Counted from the first letter of the stretch, positions 1-8,323 are shown. The stretch is DNA of 49,690 bases from Thiobacillaceae bacterium (GCA_035332045.1 DAOQNK010000005.1:1-49690), one strand, 5' to 3'. Notes: generated by a model from the letters alone, not told the origin. A program made the numbers and translations.

Positions 1-584
1 CGGTGGACGTAGACCTCGATGGCGTTGGCGCTGACTTCCTCGCCGTAGCCGCAGAGGCTTTCGATGAGCTGGTCCTTGCTGACCACCTTCCCCAGACGGA
101 ACAGCAGGGCCTCCAGGACCGACAGTTCGCGCTGGGACAGCTCCAGGGCCTCGCCGTGGACGCTGGCGCGGCGGCCCACGGTGTCGTAGTCCAGGGCGCC
201 GCACACCAGATGGGGACTGCCGCCCTGGCCCCGGCGCAGCAGAGCCCGGGCCCGGGCCTCCAGTTCCGCCAGGTTGAAGGGCTTGGTGAGATAGTCGTCG
301 GCCCCCAGGTCCAGGCCCTTGACCCGATCCTCGACGCCATCCCGGGCCGTCAGGATGAGGACGGGGGTCAGTTGCCCGGCGGCCCGCAGCCGGCTGAGGA
401 CCTGCAAGCCGTCCAGACGGGGCAGCCCCAGGTCCAGGATCACCAGGTCGAAGCCGCCGCCCCGCAGCAGGCCCAGAGCCGTCTCGCCATCGCCGGCCTG
501 GTCGGTGGCATAGCCGGCGGCCCGCATGGCGCGGTTCAGGCTGTCTTGCAGGATGGGATCGTCCTCGACGATGAGCACGCGCAC
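1..584 (-). CDS. OmpR/PhoB-family response regulator; the C-terminal end runs off the window
   Basis: Not in the ORF track, because there is no stop inside the window. The reverse complement from the GTG at 584 reads (M)RVLIVEDDPILQDSLNRAMRAAGY..DLVILDLGLPRLDG..ILTARD..GLDLGADDYLTKPF, followed by a winged-helix part (LELSQRELSVLEALL..SANAIEVYVH). The + ORF 3..686 is its antisense shadow. Confidence 0.85.
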   Translation of the reverse strand, partial: MRVLIVEDDPILQDSLNRAMRAAGYATDQAGDGETALGLLRGGGFDLVILDLGLPRLDGLQVLSRLRAAGQLTPVLILTARDGVEDRVKGLDLGADDYLTKPFNLAELEARARALLRRGQGGSPHLVCGALDYDTVGRRASVHGEALELSQRELSVLEALLFRLGKVVSKDQLIESLCGYGEEVSANAIEVYVH

Positions 585-681
585 GGGTGGGGTCCTGAAA
601 GCGGCAAGACTCGGGGCCGGATTGGGTGGCTAGGATACCCCATGGCGGCGGGCCGGATATTCCCACCACGGTGTCCTCTTT

Positions 682-702
682 TGTAAGGGACGTGTAAGTC
701 CC
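682..702. promoter_or_regulatory. Candidate operator between the divergent response regulator and yjcH-actP
   Basis: TGTAAG occurs at 682-687 and again at 693-698, an 11-bp register. This overlaps the inverted repeat GGGAC(687-691)/GTCCC(698-702). It lies about 75 bp upstream of the yjcH ATG. Confidence 0.25.
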
Positions 703-773
703 CGCGCGTAGCATCCCGCCACCGCTCGCGGCGGGATCGCGGGCGCCTTCCTTTTGCGACCAAGGAGCATGCC

Positions 774-1091
774 ATGTCAAAAGCCGAGATGAACTGGGCG
801 GCCATCGATGCCGACCCGCGTTTCCAGGCACTGCACAAGAAGAAGACCACGTTTCTCTGGGGTCTGATGATCTTCTCCGTGATCTATTACTTCCTGCTGC
901 CCATCGGCGCGGCCTACTACCAGGACCTCTTCAAGATCAAGGTCTGGGGCCCGGTCAATGTCGGCATCGTGTTCGCCATGTCCGAATTCATCGTTGCCTG
1001 GACCATCGCCGGCGTGTATGCCAAGCGGGCCAACCGGGACTTCGATGCCATGGCCGCCGAGATCATCAAAGACGCTCACAACATCAAGTAA
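774..1091 (+). CDS. yjcH: DUF485 (YjcH-like) small inner-membrane protein, the usual partner of acetate permease
   Basis: 105 aa with two hydrophobic helices. The sequence ..RFQALHKKKTTFLWGLMIFSVIYYFLLP.. is typical of DUF485. The gene sits immediately upstream of actP. Confidence 0.85.
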   Translation: MSKAEMNWAAIDADPRFQALHKKKTTFLWGLMIFSVIYYFLLPIGAAYYQDLFKIKVWGPVNVGIVFAMSEFIVAWTIAGVYAKRANRDFDAMAAEIIKDAHNIK

Positions 1092-1101
1092 GGAAGACGC
1101 C

Positions 1102-3180
1102 ATGAACCTGAAACTGATTGGCGGCACCGCCGCCCTCGCCGTGGTGAGCTCGCTGGCTTACGCCGGCGCCGGCGCCGTGGCCGACGAATTCAAGTGGATG
1201 ACCTTCGCGGTCTTCGGCGCCATCATCGCCGTGACCATGTACATCACCTACTGGGCCGCCCGGCAGACCCACTCCACCTCGGAGTTCTACGCCGCCGGAC
1301 GTTCCGTCACCGGTGTCCAGAACGGCTGGGCCATCGCCGGCGACTACCTGTCCGCCGCCTCCTTCCTGGGCATCGCGGGCCTCATCTCCCTGTACGGCTA
1401 CGACGGCTTCATGTACTCCGTGGGCTGGCTGGTGGCTTACATCACCGTGCTGCTGGTGATCGCCGAGCCCTGCCGGAACATCGGCAAGTACACCCTGGGC
1501 GACGTCCTGGCCTTCCGCAACAATCCCAAGGCCTCCAAGACCGTGGCCGCCCTGTCCACCATCACCGTGTCCACCTTCTACCTGACCGCCCAGATGGTCG
1601 GGGGCGGCGTGCTGATCAAGACCCTGATCGGCATCGACTACCAGGTGTCCGTGATCGGCGTGGGCATCCTGATGCTGGCCTACGTGGTGTTCGGCGGCAT
1701 GAAGGCCACCACCTGGGTGCAGATCATCAAGGCCATCCTGCTGGTGACCGCCTCCATCCTGCTGGTGATGTTCACCTGGGGCCAGTACGGCTTCAGCCTG
1801 CCCGGCTTCCTCCAGGCCGTGGTGGACAACCCCGGCGTGCAGAAGCAGGTGGCCAAGGTCATCGGCGATGCCGCCCTGAACATGACGCCCCAGGAACTGG
1901 GCCAGCGCTTCCTGGAGCCCGGCCTGTTCCTGAAGAACCCCATCGACCAGATCTCCCTGGGCATGGCCCTGGTGCTGGGCACCGCCGGCATGCCGCACAT
2001 CCTGATGCGCTTCTTCACCGTGCCGACCGCCCAGGACGCCCGCAAGTCCGTGATCTGGGCCATGGCCATCATCGGCGGCTTCTACGTCCTGACCCTGTTC
2101 CTGGGTATGGGCGCCGCCATCAACGTGGGTTCCGGCACCATCGCCGGCCTGGACAAGGGCGGCAACATGGCCGCGCCCCTGCTGGCCCAGTTCGTCGGCG
2201 GCGGTCCCCAGTCCATGCTCGGCAACCTGTTCCTGGCCTTCGTCGCGGCCGTGGCCTTCGCCACCATCGTCGCGGTGGTGGCTGGCCTGGTGCTGGCAGC
2301 GGCTTCCGCCATGGCCCACGACATCTACGTGGGCGTCATCAAGGGTGACCACGCCTCTCCCCAGGAGCAGGTGATCGCCGCCCGGGTGTCCTCCATCATC
2401 GTCGGCATCCTGGCCATCTACGTGGGTATCGCCGCCGAGGGCCAGAACGTGGCCCACCTGGTGGCCCTGGCCTTCGCCGTGGCCGCCTCCAGCAACCTGC
2501 CGGCGGTGTTCCTGACCCTGTACTGGAAGCGGGCCAACACCTACGGCATCGTGATGGGCATGCTGGTGGGCGCCATCACCGCCATCGCCCTGGTGATGAT
2601 CTCTCCCAACATGACCTACCCCCTGGCCGAGATCAAGGCCGCCAAGAAGGTCCTGGAAGGCGAACCCGCCCAGCCCGCCAAGGAAGCCAAGCCCGCCGTG
2701 GCCGCTTCCAGCTTCATGTGCGAGCTCTTCGCCATGGAAGGCTGCGTGAAGTCCGAGCCGGCCAAGCCCGCCTCTCCCGAGAAGCCCGCCAAGCCGGGCG
2801 CCGCCGAGAAGCTGGCCAAGCTGGGTGAGAAGCTCGCGGGCCTGGAAGCCGCCAAGGCGACCCTGACCGATCCCGCCGCCATGAAGAAGGCCGAGGATGA
2901 CATCGCCGCCGCGAAGAAGGACATCGCCGGCACCGAGAAGGCCAAGGCCAAGGCCGAGAAGGATCTGAAGACCTTCGAAGGCCAGACCACCAGCATGACC
3001 GGTCTGGAGAAGCCCTACTTCCTGCTGAAGAACCCCGGCCTCATCTCCATTCCCCTGGGCTTCCTCTGTGTGATCGTCTTCTCGCTGCTGTTCCGCGACA
3101 AGCGTTCCGAGGAAATGTGGGACGAACTCTACGTGCGCCAGAACACCGGCATCCACGCGGAAGGCGCCACCGCCCACTGA
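1102..3180 (+). CDS. actP: Cation/acetate symporter ActP (SSS family) with a large extra loop
   Basis: An ATG at 1102 follows AAGGAAG. The N-terminus is signal-like (MNLKLIGGTAALAVVSSLAYA). SSS/ActP blocks are present (EFYAAGRSVTGVQNGWAIAGDYLSAASFLGIAGL, GTAGMPHILMRFFT). The 958 start in the track would overlap yjcH and is rejected. Confidence 0.9.
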   Translation: MNLKLIGGTAALAVVSSLAYAGAGAVADEFKWMTFAVFGAIIAVTMYITYWAARQTHSTSEFYAAGRSVTGVQNGWAIAGDYLSAASFLGIAGLISLYGYDGFMYSVGWLVAYITVLLVIAEPCRNIGKYTLGDVLAFRNNPKASKTVAALSTITVSTFYLTAQMVGGGVLIKTLIGIDYQVSVIGVGILMLAYVVFGGMKATTWVQIIKAILLVTASILLVMFTWGQYGFSLPGFLQAVVDNPGVQKQVAKVIGDAALNMTPQELGQRFLEPGLFLKNPIDQISLGMALVLGTAGMPHILMRFFTVPTAQDARKSVIWAMAIIGGFYVLTLFLGMGAAINVGSGTIAGLDKGGNMAAPLLAQFVGGGPQSMLGNLFLAFVAAVAFATIVAVVAGLVLAAASAMAHDIYVGVIKGDHASPQEQVIAARVSSIIVGILAIYVGIAAEGQNVAHLVALAFAVAASSNLPAVFLTLYWKRANTYGIVMGMLVGAITAIALVMISPNMTYPLAEIKAAKKVLEGEPAQPAKEAKPAVAASSFMCELFAMEGCVKSEPAKPASPEKPAKPGAAEKLAKLGEKLAGLEAAKATLTDPAAMKKAEDDIAAAKKDIAGTEKAKAKAEKDLKTFEGQTTSMTGLEKPYFLLKNPGLISIPLGFLCVIVFSLLFRDKRSEEMWDELYVRQNTGIHAEGATAH

Positions 3181-3227
3181 GGGTCAACGGTCCTCCCCCC
3201 GTCGGCTTCCTCGCGAGGCCGACACTC

Positions 3228-3260
3228 AAACCCCCGGCTCGTCCGGGGGTTTGTTTTTTC
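3228..3260 (+). terminator. Rho-independent terminator after actP
   Basis: Stem CCCCCGG(3231-3237)/CCGGGGG(3243-3249) with a 5-nt loop, followed by TTTGTTTTTT. Confidence 0.8.
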
Positions 3261-3371
3261 TGGTACGAAAATACGCGGGTGATTAAGTGTTCGTTAAGTC
3301 TGGCTATGGACAATGCCAGCAAGCCAAACGAATTCGTGCGGCCCGTTCCCAAACCCTACTAGGAGATATCC

Positions 3372-3614
3372 ATGAACAAGACCCTGATCGCTCTGCTGGC
3401 CGCCGCTTCCGTTTTCGCTTTCGGTTCCGTCCAGGCTGCTGACGCCGCCAAGCCCGCCGACAAGCCCGCCGCCGAAGCCGCCAAGCCCGCTGACAAGCCC
3501 GCCGAAGCCGCCAAGCCCGCGAAGAAGGCCAAGAAGGCCAAGAAGGCTGAAGCCAAGAAGGAAGAAGCCAAGAAGGAAGAAGCCAAGCCCGCCGCTGACG
3601 CCGCCAAGAAGTAA
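3372..3614 (+). CDS. Small secreted Ala/Lys/Pro-rich low-complexity protein
   Basis: SD AGGAG lies 7 nt before the ATG. The signal peptide is MNKTLIALLAAASVFAFGSVQA|AD. The mature part is built of AKPADKPA, KKA and EAKKE repeats. The gene is bracketed by two clean terminators. Confidence 0.7.
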   Translation: MNKTLIALLAAASVFAFGSVQAADAAKPADKPAAEAAKPADKPAEAAKPAKKAKKAKKAEAKKEEAKKEEAKPAADAAKK

Positions 3615-3632
3615 TTGGCTTAGCGCGCATGG

Positions 3633-3666
3633 AAAAGCGGGGCTTGCCCCGCTTTTCTTTTTTCTT
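3633..3666 (+). terminator. Rho-independent terminator
   Basis: Stem AGCGGGG/CCCCGCT with loop CTTG, followed by TTTCTTTTTTC. Confidence 0.85.
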
Positions 3667-3692
3667 CCGATTCCGCGCAACATAATCTGGCC

Positions 3693-4370
3693 ATGAAGCT
3701 GCTATTGGCTGAAGACGATCCCATGATCGGCGAGAGCGTGGTCCGAGGACTCAAGCTCGCCGGCTTCGCCGTGGACTGGGCCCAGGATGGACGCGCGGCG
3801 CGGACCGCCCTGGAAACCGGGGACTATGGCCTTCTGCTCCTGGATCTGGGTCTGCCCCAGATGGACGGCCTCACGCTGCTGAAGGAATTGCGGCGCACCA
3901 ACCTGCCCATCCCGGTTCTGATCGTGACCGCCCGGGACAGCGTCGCCGATCGCATCGCCGGCTTGAACCTGGGCGCCGATGACTACCTCACCAAACCCTT
4001 CGACCTGGACGAGTTGATCGCCCGGGTCCACGCCTTGACGCGACGGCATGTAGGCCGCTCCCGGCCGGAAATGCACCTGGGCGCCCTTTGTGTGAATCCC
4101 CTGACCCGGGAAGCGAATCTGGCCGGCAGGCCCTTGCCCCTCTCCCAGCGGGAATTCGCCCTGCTCTCCGCCCTCTTGGAGCAACCCGGGGTGGTGCTCT
4201 CCAAGGAGCAACTGGAAGACCGCCTCTACGGCTGGGATGAGGAAGTGGCCAGCAACGCGGTGGAAGTCCACCTTCACAACCTGCGCCGCAAGCTGGGCGC
4301 CGAGTGGATACGCAGCGTCCGCGGCGTCGGCTACAAGCTGGTGGAACCGGCGCCCCTGCCCGCTTCGTGA
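3693..4370 (+). CDS. OmpR-family response regulator (QseB/PmrA-like)
   Basis: The receiver domain reads MKLLLAEDDPMIG..LLLLDLGLPQMDG..LIVTARD..DDYLTKPF. The winged-helix output domain contains ..VEVHLHNLRRKLG..IRSVRGVGYKL. Confidence 0.9.
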   Translation: MKLLLAEDDPMIGESVVRGLKLAGFAVDWAQDGRAARTALETGDYGLLLLDLGLPQMDGLTLLKELRRTNLPIPVLIVTARDSVADRIAGLNLGADDYLTKPFDLDELIARVHALTRRHVGRSRPEMHLGALCVNPLTREANLAGRPLPLSQREFALLSALLEQPGVVLSKEQLEDRLYGWDEEVASNAVEVHLHNLRRKLGAEWIRSVRGVGYKLVEPAPLPAS

Positions 4371-5662
4371 ACTCCATCCGCGGTCGGCTCCTGCTCTGGC
4401 AGATCAGCGCCCTGCTGCTGACCGGGTTCATCGTCAGCCTCATCACCTACCTGCTGGCCTGGGATGCCTTCAATCGCATCCGCGACTACGGCCTCGAGCA
4501 GATCGCCTATTCCGTCGTCCGCCATGGGGTCGAGTACGACGACGACGAAGAGGTCCGCAACGACCGGGGCCAGTTCGTCAGCCAGATCTGGGCCGCCGAC
4601 GGCAGCCTGTTCTACTCTTCCCTGGATGACGTGGGGCCGCCGCCCCAGTCCCCCGGACTGCACATCATCCAGTGGAAGAACACCGAATGGCGCGTGTTTA
4701 CCATCCAGGAAGGCGGCCTGACCATCCAGGTGGCCACCACATCCGCCAACCGGGCCCGCAAATTCGCGGAAATCATTCCCTGGCTGCTGATTCCCCTGGG
4801 GGTGCTGGTGGTCATGCTGGGGCTGCTTATCCGGGCCGCGGTGGGCCGGGCCCTGGCCCCCCTGCGCCAGGTCAGGAACGAGATCGGCCAGCGGGGCGCC
4901 ATGCGCCTGCACGCCTTGGAAACTCAGGGCATGCCTGAGGAGGTGGCCCCCCTGGTGGACACCCTGAATGACCTCCTCGGCCGCCTGGACCAGGCCATGC
5001 TGGGCCAGCGCCGCTTCATCGCCGACGCCGCCCACGAACTGCGAACCCCTCTTACCGCCGTCAAGCTGCAAACCCAGATCGCCATGCGCACCGGGGATGC
5101 CGGCGAACGGGAGGCCGCGCTGGCCCGTTTGTCCGAGGGAGTGGATCGGGCCGCCCACCTGGTGGACCAACTGCTGGGCATGGCCCGCCTGGAGCCGGAG
5201 GCCCGCCAGACCGCCTTCACCACCGTCCACCTTGATGAACTGGTCAAGGCGACGGTGGCCCGGTTCTCGGATCAGGCCGAAGCCCGCCATATCGACCTGG
5301 GCGTTGGCGACTGTGCCGCCCTGACCCTCCCGGGTCAGCCGGAGAACCTCCGCATCCTGTTGGAGAACCTGGTGGACAACGCCTTGCGCTACACCCCCGG
5401 CGGCGGCCGGGTGGATGTGGAGCTGGCCAGCCGCGATGGGTTCGCCGAACTCAGCGTGCGCGACACCGGCCCGGGCATTCCGGCCGAGGCGCGGGAAAGG
5501 GTATTCGAACGCTTTCAGCGCCTGGCCGGCGCCGACACCCGGGGTAGCGGCCTGGGGCTGGCCATCGTCCGGCAGGTGGTCCGCATCCATGGCGGTGACA
5601 TCGAACTTCTCGACGCCCCCGGCGGCGGCCTGCTGGTCCGGGTCTGGCTGCCCCTGGCCTGA
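4367..5662 (+). CDS. Sensor histidine kinase (QseC-like), partner of the preceding regulator
   Basis: The GTG start overlaps the regulator stop (GTGA at 4367-4370). The protein has two TM segments, an H-box FIADAAHELRTPLTA, an N-box LLENLVDNALRYTP and a G-box DTGPGI..GSGLGLAIV. Confidence 0.9.
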   Translation: MNSIRGRLLLWQISALLLTGFIVSLITYLLAWDAFNRIRDYGLEQIAYSVVRHGVEYDDDEEVRNDRGQFVSQIWAADGSLFYSSLDDVGPPPQSPGLHIIQWKNTEWRVFTIQEGGLTIQVATTSANRARKFAEIIPWLLIPLGVLVVMLGLLIRAAVGRALAPLRQVRNEIGQRGAMRLHALETQGMPEEVAPLVDTLNDLLGRLDQAMLGQRRFIADAAHELRTPLTAVKLQTQIAMRTGDAGEREAALARLSEGVDRAAHLVDQLLGMARLEPEARQTAFTTVHLDELVKATVARFSDQAEARHIDLGVGDCAALTLPGQPENLRILLENLVDNALRYTPGGGRVDVELASRDGFAELSVRDTGPGIPAEARERVFERFQRLAGADTRGSGLGLAIVRQVVRIHGGDIELLDAPGGGLLVRVWLPLA

Positions 5663-5724
5663 AGCCGCTCCTCGGCGGCGGCGGAATGCAATAAGCTACG
5701 GGCTTTGCCCGTCCAGCGAATTTC

Positions 5725-7614
5725 ATGGCCGCCCCCAATTCCCTCATCGTCGCCACCGCCGAGCATCTCGCCCGTTTCGCGCCTTTCGACAGCATGGCCA
5801 GGGAACACCTGATATGGCTGGCCGAGCGCTTGAAGATGGGTTATTACGGCAAGGGCGAGGCCCTGCTTTCTCCCGAGCACGGCGACGTCAAGCGCTTCTA
5901 CATCATCAAGCAGGGCGCCGTGCAGGTGACCCAGTCCAACAGCGGCGACGCCTGGCTGGAACTCCACGAGGGCGAGGCCTTCCCCCTGGGTGCCCTGCTG
6001 GGCGGCCGGGTCGCCATCTCCCGCTTCTCGGCCCTCAACGACGTGTTCACCTACGAGCTGGACGTGGAGGATTTCCATGCCCTGTTCAAGCTCTCTCCCG
6101 CCTTCCAGGATTTTTCCACCCGGCGCATCGCCACCCTGCTTGAACGTTCCCAGCGCGGCGTCCAGGCCCGCTATGCGGCCAGTTCCAGCGAACAGCAGTC
6201 GCTGCGCAGTCCGTTGTCCAGCCTCGCCCGGCGCAAGCCCATCACCTGCACGCCGGACACGCCCCTGCGGGTCGCCCTGGAAACCATCCAGGAAGGCCGG
6301 ATCAGCGCCATCGTGGTGGTGGAAGGCGAGGATCGGCCGGTGGGGGTGTTCTCGGTACGCGACCTGATCAGCCGGGTCATCCTGCCGGGCACCTCCCTGG
6401 ATACGGCCATGGGCGAGGTCATGACGCCCAACCCGGTGTCGCTGCCCTCCACCGCCCACGCATTCGAGGCCGCCATGCTCATGGCCCGGCATGGCTTCCG
6501 CCACGTCCTGGTGGCGGACGGCGGCCGCCTGACCGGGGTGATTTCCGAGAAGGATCTTTTCTCCCTGCAACGGGTGGGCGTCACCCAGATTTCAGCCACC
6601 ATCCGCAGCGCCATGGACCAAGGCACCCTGGTCAAGGCCGCCGAGGATATCCGCCAACTGGGCCATAACATGATGGCCCAGGGCGTGGCCGCCGAGCAGC
6701 TCACCCAGATCCTCTCCACCCTTAACGATCTGCTCACTCAGCGGGTCATCGAGCTGGAATGCTCCGCCACCAAGGACTGCCGCTTTGCCTTCTGCTGGCT
6801 GGCCTTCGGCTCCGAGGGCCGGCTGGAACAGACCCTGTCCACCGATCAGGACAACGGCATCATCTTCACCGTCCCCGAGGGTGAAACCGAGGATCAGGTC
6901 AGGGCCTGCCTGTTGCCCCTGGCCGAGCGCATCAACCGCGCCCTGGACGCCTGCGGCTTCCCCCTCTGCAAGGGCGGGATCATGGCCATGAACCCCAAGT
7001 GGTGCCTGTCCCAGGAGGAATGGAAGGCCACCTTCGCCCGCTGGATCGAGGCGGGCGACCCGGAATCCCTGCTCAACGCCAGCATCTTCTTCGACTTCCG
7101 GCCTTTGCTGGGCCAGGAGAAACTGGCCGAGGAACTGCAAGCCTGGCTGCTCGCCAAGACCACCGCCAACCCCCGCTTCCTCCATCAGATGGCCGCCAAC
7201 GCCCTGCGCAACCGGCCGCCCCTGGGCCTGGTGCGGGACTTCGTTGTGGATGGCGAAGGCGAACTGGCCAACACCCTGGACCTGAAGCTCAACGGCACCA
7301 CGCCTTTCGTCGACGCGGCCCGGGTGTTCGCCCTGGCCACCGGGGTGGCGGCCACCGGCACCGCGGCGCGACTGCGGGGCGCCGGACCGAAACTGAACAT
7401 ACCGGAACCCGAGATCGAAGCCTGGCTATCGGCCTTCTTCTTCATCCAGATGTTGCGGCTACATGGCCAGCACGAGGAAATGCAGGCGGGCAAGGCCATG
7501 GACAACCGCATCAACCCGGACGAGTTGAACGACCTGGACCGCCGCATCCTCAAGGAATCCTTCCGTCAGGCGCGCAAGGTCCAGGCCAGGTTGGCCCTGG
7601 ACTACAAGGTCTAG
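5725..7614 (+). CDS. cNMP-binding + tandem CBS + DUF294 nucleotidyltransferase-domain signalling protein
   Basis: The N-terminus has a cyclic-nucleotide-binding fold (..FYIIKQGAVQV..). Two CBS-like repeats follow (ISAIVVVEGEDRPVGVFSVRDL; FRHVLVADGGRLTGVISEKDL). A pol-beta-type NTase motif FGSEGRLEQTLSTDQDNGIIF is present, followed by a C-terminal helical domain. Confidence 0.85.
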   Translation: MAAPNSLIVATAEHLARFAPFDSMAREHLIWLAERLKMGYYGKGEALLSPEHGDVKRFYIIKQGAVQVTQSNSGDAWLELHEGEAFPLGALLGGRVAISRFSALNDVFTYELDVEDFHALFKLSPAFQDFSTRRIATLLERSQRGVQARYAASSSEQQSLRSPLSSLARRKPITCTPDTPLRVALETIQEGRISAIVVVEGEDRPVGVFSVRDLISRVILPGTSLDTAMGEVMTPNPVSLPSTAHAFEAAMLMARHGFRHVLVADGGRLTGVISEKDLFSLQRVGVTQISATIRSAMDQGTLVKAAEDIRQLGHNMMAQGVAAEQLTQILSTLNDLLTQRVIELECSATKDCRFAFCWLAFGSEGRLEQTLSTDQDNGIIFTVPEGETEDQVRACLLPLAERINRALDACGFPLCKGGIMAMNPKWCLSQEEWKATFARWIEAGDPESLLNASIFFDFRPLLGQEKLAEELQAWLLAKTTANPRFLHQMAANALRNRPPLGLVRDFVVDGEGELANTLDLKLNGTTPFVDAARVFALATGVAATGTAARLRGAGPKLNIPEPEIEAWLSAFFFIQMLRLHGQHEEMQAGKAMDNRINPDELNDLDRRILKESFRQARKVQARLALDYKV

Positions 7615-7618
7615 CTCC

Positions 7619-8323
7619 GTGGGCCTCTTCGATCGCCTGTTCAAACCCCGGGTCAAGCTTGACCCGGACACCACCGCCCGCCTGGAAGACTGGCGCCGCC
7701 GTCCGGACAGCCGTCTGGCCGATGACTTCGGGGCCAGCCGCTACGTGGTGGTGGACGTGGAAACCACCGGCCTGGATCTGGTCCGCGACCGCCTCATCGC
7801 CATTGGCGCCTGCGCCGTGGAAAATGGCCGGGTGGTCATGGCGGAAAGCTTCGAAATCGTTCTGCGCCAGGATCAGGTCAGCACCAAGGACAACATCCTC
7901 ATCCACGGCATCGGCGGCGAGGCCCAGCGGGAAGGGGTGGAGCCGGTGGAGGCCCTGGTGCGGTTCCTGGACTTCCTGGGCAAATCGCCCCTGGTGGCCT
8001 TCCACGTCACCTTCGACCAGACCATGATCAAGAAGGCGATGAAGGAATACCTGGGCTTCGAGTTCAAGCACCCCTGGCTGGACCTGGCCTACGTCATGCC
8101 CGGCCTCCTGCCGGAGTATGCCCGGCGCTACCGGGCCCTGGACGACTGGTCCGGCCATTTCCGGATCAGCAACTTCGCCCGCCACAGTGCCTTGGCCGAT
8201 GCCCTGGCCACGGCCCAGTTGCTGCTTTGCGCCCTGCCCCTGGCCAAGGCCAAGCATTCCACCTGCTACCAGAACCTCCAGGATCTGGAAAAAGCCCAGC
8301 GCTGGGTGAATTGGGCGGGTTGA
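7619..8323 (+). CDS. DnaQ-like (DEDDh) 3'-5' exonuclease-domain protein
   Basis: Exo I is VVVDVETTGL, Exo II is AFHVTFDQTMI and Exo III is HSALADALATAQL. The GTG start is 4 nt after the stop of the DUF294 gene. Confidence 0.85.
   Translation: MGLFDRLFKPRVKLDPDTTARLEDWRRRPDSRLADDFGASRYVVVDVETTGLDLVRDRLIAIGACAVENGRVVMAESFEIVLRQDQVSTKDNILIHGIGGEAQREGVEPVEALVRFLDFLGKSPLVAFHVTFDQTMIKKAMKEYLGFEFKHPWLDLAYVMPGLLPEYARRYRALDDWSGHFRISNFARHSALADALATAQLLLCALPLAKAKHSTCYQNLQDLEKAQRWVNWAG

Noticed and set aside
958-1101. N-terminal extensions proposed by the ORF track for actP (958), the histidine kinase (4304), DUF4212 (8396), nhaD (8800), the MFS gene (14181), rhodanese (15640), hydrolase 1/2, the ligase (28520), the decarboxylase (29818), prlC (37865), the PEP-CTERM gene (40375) and purB (43587).
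   Set aside because: The extensions overlap the preceding genes or consist of non-protein-like sequence. Internal starts give canonical N-termini (signal peptides, or a match to the E. coli PurB start) and classic stop/start coupling (ATGA or GTGA).
1084-3177. Very long antisense or off-frame ORFs in the track, for example 1084..3177(-), 5515..6570(-), 19008..20192(-), 28943..30106(-), 29902..31605(-), 33351..35216(+), 35577..37859(+), 38909..41329(+), 45968..47854(+) and 47889..49124(+).
   Set aside because: Each lies opposite or out of frame to a gene with clear family motifs. Their translations are Gly/Arg/Pro/His/Ala-rich low-complexity strings typical of stop-codon-poor shadow frames in high-GC DNA. 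None has a recognisable domain.
3320-3345. Other sigma-54-like TGGC..(T)TGC strings (upstream of the small AKP-rich gene at about 3320-3345, upstream of yjcH at about 740-760, and upstream of the PEP-CTERM gene at about 40385-40405 on the minus strand).
   Set aside because: The GG-to-GC spacing is off by 1-2 nt or more from the obligatory -24/-12 geometry in every case.
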